Shown here one piece after another: positions 10,089 to 20,160 of a DNA stretch of 64,000 nucleotides. Source of the DNA: Ensifer sp. GTDB taxonomy: Bacteria > Pseudomonadota > Alphaproteobacteria > Rhizobiales > Rhizobiaceae. Each line of letters starts with the position of its first letter. The first letter of the stretch is position 1. The DNA is taken from the NCBI GenBank assembly GCA_050306195.1, contig JBNLGT010000003.1, forward strand, positions 1,606-65,605, written 5' to 3'. The translations under genes were made by a program, and so were the position numbers. The notes beneath the pieces are model-generated. The model had not been told where the DNA came from. It worked only from the letters and a program-made list of their open reading frames with translations, and did not search any database.

Positions 10089-11366
10089 TCAGCTTTTATC
10101 GAGACCGTAGCAGGAATGCAAAGTGCGAACAGCAAGTTCGGCATATGGGCCGTCGATAAGAATGGAAATCTTAATCTCTGACGTTGTGATCGCCTTGATG
10201 TTGATGCTTTTTTCAGCAAGCGCCTTAAATGCGGTCGCCGCCACACCAGCATGCGAGCGCATGCCAATGCCGATCACCGAAACCTTCACCAGACCTGATT
10301 CGCTTTGGATAGCGTCGAAACCGATCTTTTCCTTATTTGCCGCCAAAACCGATAGCGCCTGCTCGGCATCTCCGGAGGGTACCGTAAAGGTCATGTCGGT
10401 ATGGCTTCCGTCCTCGGAGATATTCTGAACGATCATATCCACGTTGATATGCGCGTCAGCCAGCGGTCCAAATATGGCTGCAGAAACGCCCGGACGGTCC
10501 GAAAGCCGTCTCAATGAAATCTGAGCCTCGTCCTTGGCATAGGCGATACCGGTTACGACTTCCTGTTCCACGATTTCATCCTCGTCACAAATCAGCGTAC
10601 CCGGCGGGTTGTCAAAATCGCCCATTCCGGGTGCATCGGGGTCTTCAAATGAGGACCGCACAAAGGTGCGGACCTTGTGCACCATGGCAAGTTCCACCGA
10701 GCGCACCTGCAAAACTTTTGCGCCCAGGGAGGCCATTTCCAGCATTTCTTCAAAGGCAACCTTTTTCAGGCGGCGTGCTTCCGGCACAATGCGTGGATCT
10801 GTCGTGTAAACGCCATCCACGTCGGTATAGATATCACACCTGTCAGCCTTCAAGGCTGCCGCCAGCGCAACCGCGCTTGTGTCAGAACCGCCACGGCCCA
10901 GCGTCGCAATGCGGTTATCGGGGCCAATACCCTGAAATCCGGCAACCACCGCAACCTGCCCAAGCTCCTCAAACCGGCGGATCATTTCTGTTCCATCAAT
11001 TTCCTGAATACGGGCCGCACCATGCGCATTGTCGGTCTTGACCGCGATCTGCCAGCCCTGCCAGGAACGCGCATCAACCCCCATGGACTGAAGCGCAATC
11101 GCCAAAAGGCCGGACGTTATCTGCTCACCAGAAGAAACGATCGTGTCGTATTCACGCGCGTCATAAAAGGGCGAGCTTGCGCCAGTGACCTTCGGCATGT
11201 CACGCACCCAGCCAACCAGTTCATTGGTTTTGCCAGCCATTGCCGAAACAACCACGGCCACCTGATGGCCGGCGTCCACTTCACGTTTAACATGGCGTGC
11301 AACCCGGTAGATACGTTCCAAATCTGCGACGGACGTTCCGCCGAATTTCATAACGATACGAGCCAT
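10089..11366 (-). CDS. lysC: Aspartate kinase
   Basis: VMKFGGTSV, TLGRGGSDTSA, two ACT domains; start set at MARIV. Confidence 0.96.
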   Translation of the reverse strand: MARIVMKFGGTSVADLERIYRVARHVKREVDAGHQVAVVVSAMAGKTNELVGWVRDMPKVTGASSPFYDAREYDTIVSSGEQITSGLLAIALQSMGVDARSWQGWQIAVKTDNAHGAARIQEIDGTEMIRRFEELGQVAVVAGFQGIGPDNRIATLGRGGSDTSAVALAAALKADRCDIYTDVDGVYTTDPRIVPEARRLKKVAFEEMLEMASLGAKVLQVRSVELAMVHKVRTFVRSSFEDPDAPGMGDFDNPPGTLICDEDEIVEQEVVTGIAYAKDEAQISLRRLSDRPGVSAAIFGPLADAHINVDMIVQNISEDGSHTDMTFTVPSGDAEQALSVLAANKEKIGFDAIQSESGLVKVSVIGIGMRSHAGVAATAFKALAEKSINIKAITTSEIKISILIDGPYAELAVRTLHSCYGLDKS

Positions 11367-11419
11367 TTCGAAGTCCGGTCCATAAGCGCCCGACACGGCG
11401 CCTCATGTGATGCAAACAA

Positions 11420-11451
11420 TCAAAAGCTCGACCCCTTAAAAAGGGTCGAGC
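11420..11451 (-). terminator. Terminator-like hairpin upstream of lysC
   Basis: Minus strand GCTCGACCC-TTTTTAAG-GGGTCGAGC followed by TTTTGATTGTTT. Confidence 0.65.
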
Positions 11452-11464
11452 CAAGTTACGCGGT

Positions 11465-11493
11465 CTATTAGCGAAAAAGCTGGCAAACTGCAA
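11465..11493 (-). promoter_or_regulatory. Putative sigma70 promoter upstream of lysC
   Basis: Minus strand TTGCAG-N17-TAATAG. Confidence 0.45.
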
Positions 11494-11544
11494 CGGCCAT
11501 AGTCGGCGCACATAATCGTGCGCCGAATTCATCGCAATTTGAAC

Positions 11545-12213
11545 CTAGCTCGCGCGAAGTGGGGAAATCATCACCTCAACGCGACGGTTTGCAGCCCTGC
11601 CCTGTTCGGTTGAATTGTCAGCAATCGGCTGATTGGGCCCAAAGCCAACGGCAGACATGCGGCGAGGCTCTAGGCCCTGACCAATGAGATAGGTCGCCAC
11701 GGAAATCGCGCGCTGTTCGGAAAGCTGCTGATTATGCGCCAGAGAGCCGGTGGAATCGGTGTGCCCGTTGATATCGATGAGACTCTTGTCGAACTTTTTA
11801 AGCACAACAGCGACGGAGTTGAGCGTCGGGTAGAACTGCGATTTCACTGCGGCCTGATCAACATCGAATGTCACATTGGAAGGCATATTCAAAATGATAT
11901 TGTCCCCGTTACGGGTCACAGACACGCCAGTGCCCTGCAATTGCTGACGCAACTGCGCTTCCTGCTGGTCCATATAATTGCCGATCACGCCACCGCCCAG
12001 CGCTCCAATACCCGCGCCAATGAGCGCAGCGCGGCGATTTTCCACTGCATTGCCGCCGCCCACGGCGAGGCCAGCCAGCGCGCCGACGCCTGCGCCAATT
12101 AAGGCGCCGCCAGCCGTATTCGACGTCTTTTGCTCCCCCGTGTAGGGGTCTGTTGTCGTGCAGGCGGAGAGAAATACGGCACATATGCCGGAAATGGCTA
12201 TTTTCTTCATCAT
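11545..12213 (-). CDS. OmpA-family lipoprotein with glycine zipper (YiaD-like)
   Basis: Lipobox LSAC; GALIGAGVGA repeats; GHTDSTG, NQQLSEQRA and NRRVE OmpA-C motifs; start set at MMKKI. Confidence 0.9.
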   Translation of the reverse strand: MMKKIAISGICAVFLSACTTTDPYTGEQKTSNTAGGALIGAGVGALAGLAVGGGNAVENRRAALIGAGIGALGGGVIGNYMDQQEAQLRQQLQGTGVSVTRNGDNIILNMPSNVTFDVDQAAVKSQFYPTLNSVAVVLKKFDKSLIDINGHTDSTGSLAHNQQLSEQRAISVATYLIGQGLEPRRMSAVGFGPNQPIADNSTEQGRAANRRVEVMISPLRAS

Positions 12214-12392
12214 GGCTAGGAGCGTCCCTTCCAGCATTTTATTGATTTGCGCCGGAATCATACCGGCTGGCGCGACAATTTGAAGGCAAAATTGTTGCAT
12301 CTGTGGCGATTTGCAATATTTACCACAGTTAGGTCACGGATTCATAAATGCCCACCCGTCCAACTTCAAGGCCTCCGGATCAGGAGAAGAAA

Positions 12393-13139
12393 ATGAGCGA
12401 ACCCGCAAAAACGACAATCGACCAAGGTGAAGTGGATCGATTTTCCGCAATGGCTGCGGAATGGTGGGATCCAACGGGCAAATTTCGCCCGTTGCACAAA
12501 TTCAACCCTGTCCGCCTCAAATATATTCGCGATCAGATTTGCGCCCACTTTGGCCATGACCCACACAACGCCCGGGCGCTGGACGGCCTGCGCGTACTCG
12601 ATATCGGTTGCGGTGGAGGACTTTTGTCCGAACCCGTCTCCCGCATGGGAGCCGAAGTGCTCGGGGCGGATGCATCAGAAACGAATATTGGCATCGCCAA
12701 AACCCACGCAGAACAAACCGGTGCAACAGTTGATTATCGCGCCGTCACAGCAGAAGAATTGGCAGCGGCGGGCGAGCAATTCGATGTTGTTCTCAACATG
12801 GAAGTGGTTGAACATGTGGCGGACGTGGATTTTTTCATTTCCACATGCGCCTCCATGGTGAGACCCGGTGGCCTCATGTTCATTGCCACCATCAATCGCA
12901 CGATGAAGGCTGCCGCTCTGGCCATTGTCGGCGCTGAATATGTCTTACGCTGGCTGCCACGCGGCACCCACCAATATGAGAAACTGGTTCGCCCGGAGGA
13001 GTTGGAAACGCCACTTTCCGCCTCCGGCATGTTGGTCAAGGAGCGCACCGGCGTCTTCTTCAATCCACTGACAAACCAGTGGAACCTCTCACGCGATATG
13101 GATGTGAATTACATGATGCTGGCTGAACGTCCGGCCTGA
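12393..13139 (+). CDS. ubiG: Ubiquinone biosynthesis O-methyltransferase
   Basis: [33 protein letters not shown]; AGGAG RBS before MSEPA. Confidence 0.95.
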   Translation: MSEPAKTTIDQGEVDRFSAMAAEWWDPTGKFRPLHKFNPVRLKYIRDQICAHFGHDPHNARALDGLRVLDIGCGGGLLSEPVSRMGAEVLGADASETNIGIAKTHAEQTGATVDYRAVTAEELAAAGEQFDVVLNMEVVEHVADVDFFISTCASMVRPGGLMFIATINRTMKAAALAIVGAEYVLRWLPRGTHQYEKLVRPEELETPLSASGMLVKERTGVFFNPLTNQWNLSRDMDVNYMMLAERPA

Positions 13140-13146
13140 GTGACCA

Positions 13147-13713
13147 TTAAATTTTCATCGCGCGAACGGTTGCAAGAAGGCCCCTTTGCCTGACCCAGCT
13201 CTGTCGGCTGAGCATACGGAATTTCCTCCGGTCAATAGTAAGGGGTGCGCCATCCGGCGCAAATGGCCGTTTGAAATCAAACGCATACCCGCTGACGCCG
13301 TTGTCATGCAGAAACTCAAACCGCTCAATGGCCTCTTTCCATCGCGGCAGGTTTCCTTCCTCAACCCACCACAAAACGAGAGATGGCCATTTTTGCTCGC
13401 GCATCCAGTGATGCCTGTTTTTGAGCGCTTCGGCGTGCACGCCGCTATAGGTAAAAGCCATCAGGCTTTCGATATCGCGCCAAACGGAAAGAGAGGATAG
13501 CCCTCGGTCAAAGCCGGTTCCGTCGATGAATCGCGGAAAAACCTGTTCGCCCCAGGGTCCCGCTCCATCATCATCGTAATTAGACCGAGCGACAAATCCT
13601 TCAGCTTCCTCGGCAGCCTGAAAGTTCAACGGCTCCCGCAGATCAAACCCTTCAAAGCCAGGTGCATCAAAACTCTCCCGAGGTAGGGCAAAATTGTAGA
13701 TCGCGAGATGCAT
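13147..13713 (-). CDS. DUF3291-family protein (ABM-like fold)
   Basis: HLAIYN, AEEAEGFVAR, LSVWRDIESLMAFTYSGVH, LVLWWV, AFDF pattern. Confidence 0.75.
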   Translation of the reverse strand: MHLAIYNFALPRESFDAPGFEGFDLREPLNFQAAEEAEGFVARSNYDDDGAGPWGEQVFPRFIDGTGFDRGLSSLSVWRDIESLMAFTYSGVHAEALKNRHHWMREQKWPSLVLWWVEEGNLPRWKEAIERFEFLHDNGVSGYAFDFKRPFAPDGAPLTIDRRKFRMLSRQSWVRQRGLLATVRAMKI

Positions 13714-14141
13714 CAGTTCGCATCTTCGGGAAGCCCGGGAAGCGGCATGATTTCTATCCCCTCTTCAAGAAGGGAACCGACATCTTCGGCACTCGCCTTG
13801 CCCATAATCCCGCGTACATCAGCCTCGCCATAGTGGATCTTGCGCGCCTCTTCCGAAAAGCGTTCGCCAACGTCTTCACAGTTTTCGCGGATAGCTTTCA
13901 CTGCAGCCTTCAAAGCCGTCATCATCTCCGCAGGCACCGGCCCCGCAGCCATCTCTGCGGATTTCTCGATATCCCGCCCCGCAGAAACAGATGGGGCCAT
14001 CAAACTTTTTTCAACATTGGATGACCCACAATGAGGACAGCTCACAAAACCAGAGCTCTTTTGTGTGTCAAAGTCAGAGATGGTTGAAAACCACCCCTCA
14101 AAGTCATGCCCATCACTGCAACGCAACGCGTATTTGATCAA
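13713..14141 (-). CDS. DUF1178-family protein
   Basis: MIKYALRC..GHDFEGWF, CPHCGS, VGERFSEEARKIHYGE. Confidence 0.9.
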   Translation of the reverse strand: MIKYALRCSDGHDFEGWFSTISDFDTQKSSGFVSCPHCGSSNVEKSLMAPSVSAGRDIEKSAEMAAGPVPAEMMTALKAAVKAIRENCEDVGERFSEEARKIHYGEADVRGIMGKASAEDVGSLLEEGIEIMPLPGLPEDAN

Positions 14142-14983
14142 CGGGAAGAACCTCCCGCTTCAACGTTGCTCAAGGTGTACGGTCTGCCATTCTTCAGGTT
14201 CGGCACCTTGCCGCGTGCGGCCGCCACATCAGCAATATCAATATCCGCAACAACAATGTCCTCGCCCTCGCCACCAGCGAATGCGACCACCCGTCCCCAG
14301 GGGTCAACAATCATGGAATGACCAAAGGTTTCGCGGTCATCCTCATGTTTACCAGCCTGTGCCGCAGCAATCAGATAGGCACCGTTTTCAATTGCCCGCG
14401 CCCTGAGCAGAATTTCCCAATGCGCCTCACCCGTTTGCTTGGTGAATGCCGCCGGAACTGTCAGAATTTCCGCCCCCGCCTGTGCTTCATCGCGGAAAAG
14501 ATGCGGAAAACGGACGTCATAGCAAATGGCGAAACCAAGCTTGCCAAAAGGCAGAGACACGACCAGCGCCTCTTCCCCGGGACGATAGGTTTTGCTCTCC
14601 CGCCAGCTTTCGCCACCATCAAGATCAACATCGAACATGTGGATCTTGTCATAGCGCGCAATAATGCCGCCATCAGGACCAAAGAGAAATGCCCGGTTCG
14701 CCACTCTACCGTCATCAAGAAGAATAGCTGTCGAACCTATATGAAGGTGAATACCGTGACGATGGGCCAGCGCAGAACCGGTTGCGACAATCAAATCAGC
14801 GCTTTCGGGTTTCAGTTCAGCCATGAGCGTCGGTTTGTCCCGCTGCACCATGCCGGTCATCTCAGGCGTTTGAACATAGGTCGCACCCCGTTTCGCCGCC
14901 TCGCCAACAAGCCTTTCCAGGCTTTGCGCATTGGCAACCGGATTAATGCCGGAACACATCTGTATGGCAGCTACCTTCATCAT
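14138..14983 (-). CDS. Carbon-nitrogen hydrolase (Nit1-like, possibly deaminated-glutathione amidase)
   Basis: E-K-C triad: TPE, YDKIHMFD, ICYDVRFP; RARAIEN. Confidence 0.88.
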   Translation of the reverse strand: MMKVAAIQMCSGINPVANAQSLERLVGEAAKRGATYVQTPEMTGMVQRDKPTLMAELKPESADLIVATGSALAHRHGIHLHIGSTAILLDDGRVANRAFLFGPDGGIIARYDKIHMFDVDLDGGESWRESKTYRPGEEALVVSLPFGKLGFAICYDVRFPHLFRDEAQAGAEILTVPAAFTKQTGEAHWEILLRARAIENGAYLIAAAQAGKHEDDRETFGHSMIVDPWGRVVAFAGGEGEDIVVADIDIADVAAARGKVPNLKNGRPYTLSNVEAGGSSR

Positions 14984-14998
14984 TTCACCAGTCCCTGT

Positions 14999-15253
14999 TC
15001 AACCTGCCAGCAGCGGATCCAGACCGCCAGCGGCATCAAGCGCATGCAGGTCATCACAACCACCGACATGCTTGTCGCCAATAAAAATTTGCGGAAACGT
15101 CGCGCGGCCCGAACGCTGCATCATCTCAGCCTTCAAACCCGGCGCGAAAGTCGCATCATTCTCCACATAACTTACACCCTTCTTGTCCAGCAAACGTTTT
15201 GCTGCTGTACAGAACCCGCACATTTGCCGCGTATAAATGACAACATCTACCAT
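14999..15253 (-). CDS. grxC: Glutaredoxin 3
   Basis: CGFC active site, TFPQIFI, VGGCDDL; start set at MVDVV. Confidence 0.93.
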   Translation of the reverse strand: MVDVVIYTRQMCGFCTAAKRLLDKKGVSYVENDATFAPGLKAEMMQRSGRATFPQIFIGDKHVGGCDDLHALDAAGGLDPLLAG

Positions 15254-15308
15254 CAAAATCTCCAGAAGCGACCGGCAAATCACCGGAACCAAAATTACAT
15301 ATCATTTG

Positions 15309-16082
15309 CTATATGGTTTCCGGCAACGCCATTGCAAAGGTGACAACCGTAATATCTTGCGGCTTGGCCTTTCGTAAAGCCCTGCTGCAAGCCGAGACCG
15401 TTGCCCCGGTCGTGTAAACGTCATCAATCAGGACAAGCCGTTGACCGGCAAATTTCAAGTGCGCTTCCTTGCTCAAAGCAAAGGCGCCACGCACATTGTC
15501 CTCCCTTTGCTTCTGTCTCAGGCCCACCTGTCGGTTTGTTCGCCGGGTTCGCCTCAGCTCAGCTGTCGAAAGCGGCACCGCACAGGCGGCGCTCAACATG
15601 CGGCTAAGCTCTGCCGATTGATTAAACTGCCGCGTGAAAAAACGGCTGGCATGCAAGGGAACCGGAACGATGAAATCCGCCTCCCTTATATAGTCGCCCG
15701 CGACACGCATCATCGCGTCAGCCATCATCTTGGCAAGTTCAAGCCGATCACGATATTTTAGTTTTCCGACAACGGCTCTGGCCGGCCCATCATAAACAGC
15801 AGCCGAGCGCAGTCGGTCGAAAGGCGGTGGATTGGCAATAGCAGGCGCAGATAGCACCCCGTCACCCATATCGTGAGGAAAGGGCGTTCCAAGAACCTCG
15901 CAATAAGGGCGCTCGATAAAGCGGACCTTACTCCAGCAAACGGCGCAAAAGGCGTCATGACTTCCCGTCATCCGCCCGCACGCGGCGCAGACCGGAGGAA
16001 ACAGGAAATCAGAAACGGCCCGCAGGGCGCGTCCAGAAAGATGCGAGACAGATTTATCCAAGCCGTTGGGCTCCCTTGCCAT
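15309..16082 (-). CDS. comF: ComF-family protein (double zinc ribbon + phosphoribosyltransferase)
   Basis: CAAC/CAVC/C motifs; PVPLH, FNQS, LIDDVYTTGAT. Confidence 0.88.
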   Translation of the reverse strand: MAREPNGLDKSVSHLSGRALRAVSDFLFPPVCAACGRMTGSHDAFCAVCWSKVRFIERPYCEVLGTPFPHDMGDGVLSAPAIANPPPFDRLRSAAVYDGPARAVVGKLKYRDRLELAKMMADAMMRVAGDYIREADFIVPVPLHASRFFTRQFNQSAELSRMLSAACAVPLSTAELRRTRRTNRQVGLRQKQREDNVRGAFALSKEAHLKFAGQRLVLIDDVYTTGATVSACSRALRKAKPQDITVVTFAMALPETI

Positions 16083-16145
16083 CCCATGGACATTATATGC
16101 CTACGCCCATATATGCGAGCCTTGCCAACGGGAAACCAAGAGGCC

Positions 16146-17006
16146 ATGGAACGAATATTCGATGAAATACAGATTGCGGCCAATCGCAAACGCGCCCTTG
16201 CCATTGGTGACGAGGGTGCTGCTTTTCTGCTCGACATTGTAGGCGGAGAACTTGCCGAAAGGCTTGCCGCAGTCGAGCGTGAATTTCCGCAAGCCGCCGA
16301 AATACACGGGTTTACCGGAATAACCGCCAAGAAACTGCTTCAAACAGGAAAAGTTGGTGCATTTCAGAGAATAGAAACAGCAACTGCCGCAACTGATGGG
16401 TGCATACCCGCATCATTGGAAGAGATCCCCCTCGCACCACAGTCTGTCAATCTCATTATATCCCCGCTTTCAGCCCACCTGACCAATGATACACCGGGCC
16501 TCTTTATTCAGGCGCTCAGAGCATTGAAGCCTGATGGTCTCTTCCTGGCCGCCATTCCCAGCGCAGGTACGCTTGCAGAATTACGCGAGGCGCTACTTGT
16601 GGCCGAAGAGGAACTCTATGGTGGAGCCAGCGCTCGTGTCATTCCTTTTGCCGACCTCCGTGATCTGGGCGGCCTTTTGCAGCGCGCTGGTTTCGCCCTT
16701 CCCGTCATTGATGCCGAAAATTATACAGTCCGCTATGAATCCCTGTTCCCGCTCATGCGGGACCTTAGGCATATGGGTATGTCGAACCCGCTCGCAAGCC
16801 GGTCTCGCAGGCCGGTCTCACGCCGTTTTTTCATGCGAGCAGCGGAAATCTACGCCGAACGGTTTTCCGATCCAGATGGACGTATAAGAGCTACATTTTC
16901 AATTATTTATCTGTCTGGCTGGGCGCCGCATGAAAGCCAGCAGAAGCCATTAAAGCCGGGCTCGGCAAAGGCGAGCCTCGCTGAAGCACTTAAAGCAAAG
17001 GGCTAA
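16146..17006 (+). CDS. SAM-dependent methyltransferase (NDUFAF5/BioC-like)
   Basis: LKPDGLFLAA, TLAELR, LLQRAGFALPVID, QQKPLKPGSA; divergent from comF; start set at MERIF. Confidence 0.85.
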   Translation: MERIFDEIQIAANRKRALAIGDEGAAFLLDIVGGELAERLAAVEREFPQAAEIHGFTGITAKKLLQTGKVGAFQRIETATAATDGCIPASLEEIPLAPQSVNLIISPLSAHLTNDTPGLFIQALRALKPDGLFLAAIPSAGTLAELREALLVAEEELYGGASARVIPFADLRDLGGLLQRAGFALPVIDAENYTVRYESLFPLMRDLRHMGMSNPLASRSRRPVSRRFFMRAAEIYAERFSDPDGRIRATFSIIYLSGWAPHESQQKPLKPGSAKASLAEALKAKG

Positions 17007-17009
17007 TTG

Positions 17010-17195
17010 TTATTGGCCCAATTTGCCGTCGCCACGCGCATAATTGCTCACATAGGAGAAGGTCGAATTCACTGATTCTCCCAGCGTCGTCACACCGGTG
17101 ATGATGGCAATGGAAACCAGCGCAGCAATAAGGCCATATTCGATGGCCGTTGCCCCGGATTTGTCCGCGCGAAGTTCAAGAAATATTTTTTTCAT
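17010..17195 (-). CDS. Flp/Fap type IVb pilin
   Basis: G/ATAIEYGLIAALV prepilin motif; GGAGAG RBS before MKKIF. Confidence 0.92.
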   Translation of the reverse strand: MKKIFLELRADKSGATAIEYGLIAALVSIAIITGVTTLGESVNSTFSYVSNYARGDGKLGQ

Positions 17196-17244
17196 TTTAC
17201 TCTCCACACAGAACATCCGAACAAAGGTCATCACTTTGAAAATT

Positions 17245-17568
17245 CTAACATCCGCTTGATGAGCCGTCGCCATTTATGATGCAAACCGCGCCCGGCATTT
17301 CCTGCAAAATGCTCCGGCGAACCACATATTCTTTGACGCCATCCCGCTTCTTGATCGAACCAGTCACAATATTATCGAAAGACGGGGTCCCCGAATTTGC
17401 AAATTGTTGCGCTTCGACACGCTCAACCATCTTGGGCGTAATGATCATTGTGACCGCCACGACGGCAACCGCAAAAAGCAAAGCCATGTTGAGAGCGCCG
17501 CTGCGCATGACAGTCGGAACTGCCTTCGCATCCTCGCGGAACTTCTTCCATATCTCCTGCTCAACCAT
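17245..17568 (-). CDS. Conserved hypothetical membrane-anchored protein
   Basis: One TM segment, DNIVTGSI motif, C-terminal RRSILQ..PGAVCII...SGC; directly upstream of the pilin. Confidence 0.7.
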   Translation of the reverse strand: MVEQEIWKKFREDAKAVPTVMRSGALNMALLFAVAVVAVTMIITPKMVERVEAQQFANSGTPSFDNIVTGSIKKRDGVKEYVVRRSILQEMPGAVCIINGDGSSSGC

Positions 17569-17622
17569 AGGTACAAAACGCTCCGGCATAAAGAAACCGG
17601 AGGCAGACTTAGCAAATCATGC

Positions 17623-17638
17623 TGAATGTTCGGTTAAC
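17623..17638. promoter_or_regulatory. CtrA-like binding site
   Basis: TGAA-TGTTCGG-TTAAC, one mismatch to TTAA-N7-TTAAC, upstream of the hypothetical-pilin pair. Confidence 0.55.
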
Positions 17639-17660
17639 GCATGCCGCGTCGAGCTGAGAA

Positions 17661-18080
17661 TTACAGCAGATCCAACAAAAACGGGATCAACGGCTCATCG
17701 GCTGGCGGCATCGGGTAATTGCGCAAATCTCGCGTCTTCACCCATTTGATCGCCTGACCTTCGCGGCCATGGGCGATCCCCTCGTAACGCCTGCAAATAT
17801 AGAGCGGCATCAAAAGATGAAACGTATCATAGGTATGGCTGGCAAAAGTCAGTGGAGCTAGGCAAGCTGTCTTCGTTGAAACACCGAGTTCCTCTTCGAG
17901 CTCGCGAATGAGGGTTTCTTCCGGCGTCTCTCCCACTTCTACCTTGCCACCGGGAAACTCCCATAAGCCAGCAAGGCTTTTGCCTTCAGGGCGTTGCGCA
18001 AGAAGAATCCGATTGTCCGCATCGACAAGTGCGCAGGCAGCAACAAGCAGTATTTTCTTTTCGTTGGAATGCTCAGTCAT
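17661..18080 (-). CDS. mutT: 8-oxo-dGTP diphosphatase (Nudix)
   Basis: Nudix box WEFPGGKVEVGETPEETLIRELEEELG; MPPAD; start set at MTEHS. Confidence 0.92.
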   Translation of the reverse strand: MTEHSNEKKILLVAACALVDADNRILLAQRPEGKSLAGLWEFPGGKVEVGETPEETLIRELEEELGVSTKTACLAPLTFASHTYDTFHLLMPLYICRRYEGIAHGREGQAIKWVKTRDLRNYPMPPADEPLIPFLLDLL

Positions 18081-18846
18081 CAGCCTTGCGCCAATAGCGA
18101 TAACGATAGGCCTCCTGAAAGCCCAGTTTTGCATAAAGCCCTATGGCCGCTTCGTTGGCGGCCTCTACCTGTAGCCATCCCGTCATTGCGCCACGCAACC
18201 GCGCCCACCTGAGCGCACCGACGCATATGGAATATCCCGCTCCATTGCGCCTTTGTTTGGCAAGAACCGCGACCTCTTGAAGGCCGGCCAGGTTTCCATC
18301 ACGCACGCAAAGCGCCACAGCCTGCACACCTTCGCCCTCAGGCTCGGCAAAAAACATGCCCTTTTCCGGTTCAATCGACTCCAACATACGCAGCATTGCA
18401 TCATAAGTTGCGGAAAATCGCTGATCCACCTCGGCACAGGCGTCAGCAAAAAGGCGCACGTCTTGCGTTGGCAGGATATCCACTCCGCCATCAATATGCG
18501 CGCTCGCCAGATCAACTGTTTGAACGATGGATTCAGCTTCCGCGCGAAATCCTCTGGCCTTCAACGCGCCAACAAGTTCTGGCGGGCAAAGTGGTGTTTC
18601 CTTCAACACAAACGGAATTCCAGCTTCCGCAAAGCGCGCCTCGATCGCCTGAAGGCGGCCCTCAATATTGGCCACATCACCTGGGTCAAGTGGCACCAGA
18701 CAATTCGCCCGTCTCGTCGCATTACCGGCAGACTGCCTGATCTGCCAGCTCCCATCATAGCGCACTGAGCTTGCTGGCCAGGCACGAAATCCAGCGGCTT
18801 CAAAACGCCTGACGGTTGGCAAATTGCCGCTGGCAGTTTTTTGCAT
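18073..18846 (-). CDS. GNAT-family acetyltransferase
   Basis: RRNGAG acetyl-CoA motif, WLQVEAANEAAIGLYAKLGF; lies between argJ and mutT. Confidence 0.85.
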   Translation of the reverse strand: MQKTASGNLPTVRRFEAAGFRAWPASSVRYDGSWQIRQSAGNATRRANCLVPLDPGDVANIEGRLQAIEARFAEAGIPFVLKETPLCPPELVGALKARGFRAEAESIVQTVDLASAHIDGGVDILPTQDVRLFADACAEVDQRFSATYDAMLRMLESIEPEKGMFFAEPEGEGVQAVALCVRDGNLAGLQEVAVLAKQRRNGAGYSICVGALRWARLRGAMTGWLQVEAANEAAIGLYAKLGFQEAYRYRYWRKADD

Positions 18847-18866
18847 CACAACGGTACCCACAACAC

Positions 18867-20108
18867 TCAGCTTCTATAATCCCCGTTGATCGCGACATAT
18901 TCCTTCGTCAGGTCACAGGTATAAACGGTTGCCGTTCCCTCACCCAAACCAAGGTCAACCCGCACAGGAATGTCCTGCCGCTTCATCACGGCCGATGCCG
19001 CTTCCTCCGAATAATCGGGGTCACGTTCGCCTTCGGCAGCGACACGAACGTCACCAAACCAAATTGCCAGCCGATCACGGTCAGCCATTTCACCAGCTTT
19101 CCCCACCGCCATGACGATGCGGCCCCAATTCGCATCTTCGCCCGCCACAGCTGTTTTCACCAACGGCGAATTGGCAATCGAAAGTGCTATTCTTTTGGCG
19201 GCGGCATCGCTGTCGGCGCCTGTTACGGTTATTTCCACCATCTTGGTGGCGCCTTCCCCGTCACGGACCACTTGCAACGCCAAGTCCTTGAGCAAGTCAT
19301 TCAAGGCATCACGGAACCCGCCAAGCGCAGGATCTCCTACCGTTGTAATCTCTTGCTGCCCGTCGGTCGCCGCCGCGCCCGTGGCAAACAGCATGAGCGT
19401 ATCCGAAGTGGAAGTATCGCTGTCGACGGTCACCGAATTGAACGATGGCCCTACGCCGTCAGATAGTAGGGCCTGGAGCACATCTGAGGGAATATCCGCA
19501 TCCGTCACGACAAAAGACAGCATCGTCGCCATGTCGGGCGCAATCATGCCCGCCCCCTTGGCAATACCGTTGATCGTCACTTCAACGTTGCCAATTTTAG
19601 CCTTGCGCGTCGCCACCTTCGGATAGGTGTCCGTGGTCATGATCGCCTTTGCCGCCTCAAACCAGCCATCCTCACCGGCGCGTGCCGCCATTTCATCGAG
19701 GACGCCGGTAAATTTGCCCGCATCCAGCGGTTCACCAATCACCCCGGTGGAGGCAAGAAAGACCTCTCCCTCGCGACAACCCGCAGCCGATGCCGCAGCG
19801 CGGGCTTCAAGAGCAGTCGCATCTGCGCCTTTACGCCCGGTAAAAGCATTGGCATTTCCGGAATTCACCACCAGCGCCCGCGCAACACCGCCACTCAGGT
19901 TCTTCCGGCAAAGATCGACCGGCGCCGACGGGCATTTTGAACGGGTAAAAACACCGGCTACAGACGCGGGCTGGTCGAAAAGCATCATCAAAAGGTCGGT
20001 TCTGCCCTTGTATTTGATACCGGCTTCGGCCGTTGTCATGCGCACGCCGCGCAACGGGGGCAATTGCGGATAAGACCTCGGAGCAAGTGGAGACACGTCT
20101 TCAGACAT
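18867..20108 (-). CDS. argJ: Bifunctional ornithine acetyltransferase / N-acetylglutamate synthase
   Basis: [42 protein letters not shown]. Confidence 0.97.
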   Translation of the reverse strand: MSEDVSPLAPRSYPQLPPLRGVRMTTAEAGIKYKGRTDLLMMLFDQPASVAGVFTRSKCPSAPVDLCRKNLSGGVARALVVNSGNANAFTGRKGADATALEARAAASAAGCREGEVFLASTGVIGEPLDAGKFTGVLDEMAARAGEDGWFEAAKAIMTTDTYPKVATRKAKIGNVEVTINGIAKGAGMIAPDMATMLSFVVTDADIPSDVLQALLSDGVGPSFNSVTVDSDTSTSDTLMLFATGAAATDGQQEITTVGDPALGGFRDALNDLLKDLALQVVRDGEGATKMVEITVTGADSDAAAKRIALSIANSPLVKTAVAGEDANWGRIVMAVGKAGEMADRDRLAIWFGDVRVAAEGERDPDYSEEAASAVMKRQDIPVRVDLGLGEGTATVYTCDLTKEYVAINGDYRS

Positions 20109-20128
20109 GATGATCCCTGTAGAAAATG

Positions 20129-20155
20129 TTCAGGACCGCCAGTGGCGGTCCTGAA
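20129..20155 (-). terminator. Hairpin after the PPIase gene
   Basis: TTCAGGACCGCC-AGT-GGCGGTCCTGAA perfect 12-bp stem. Confidence 0.6.
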
Positions 20156-20160
20156 ACGGA

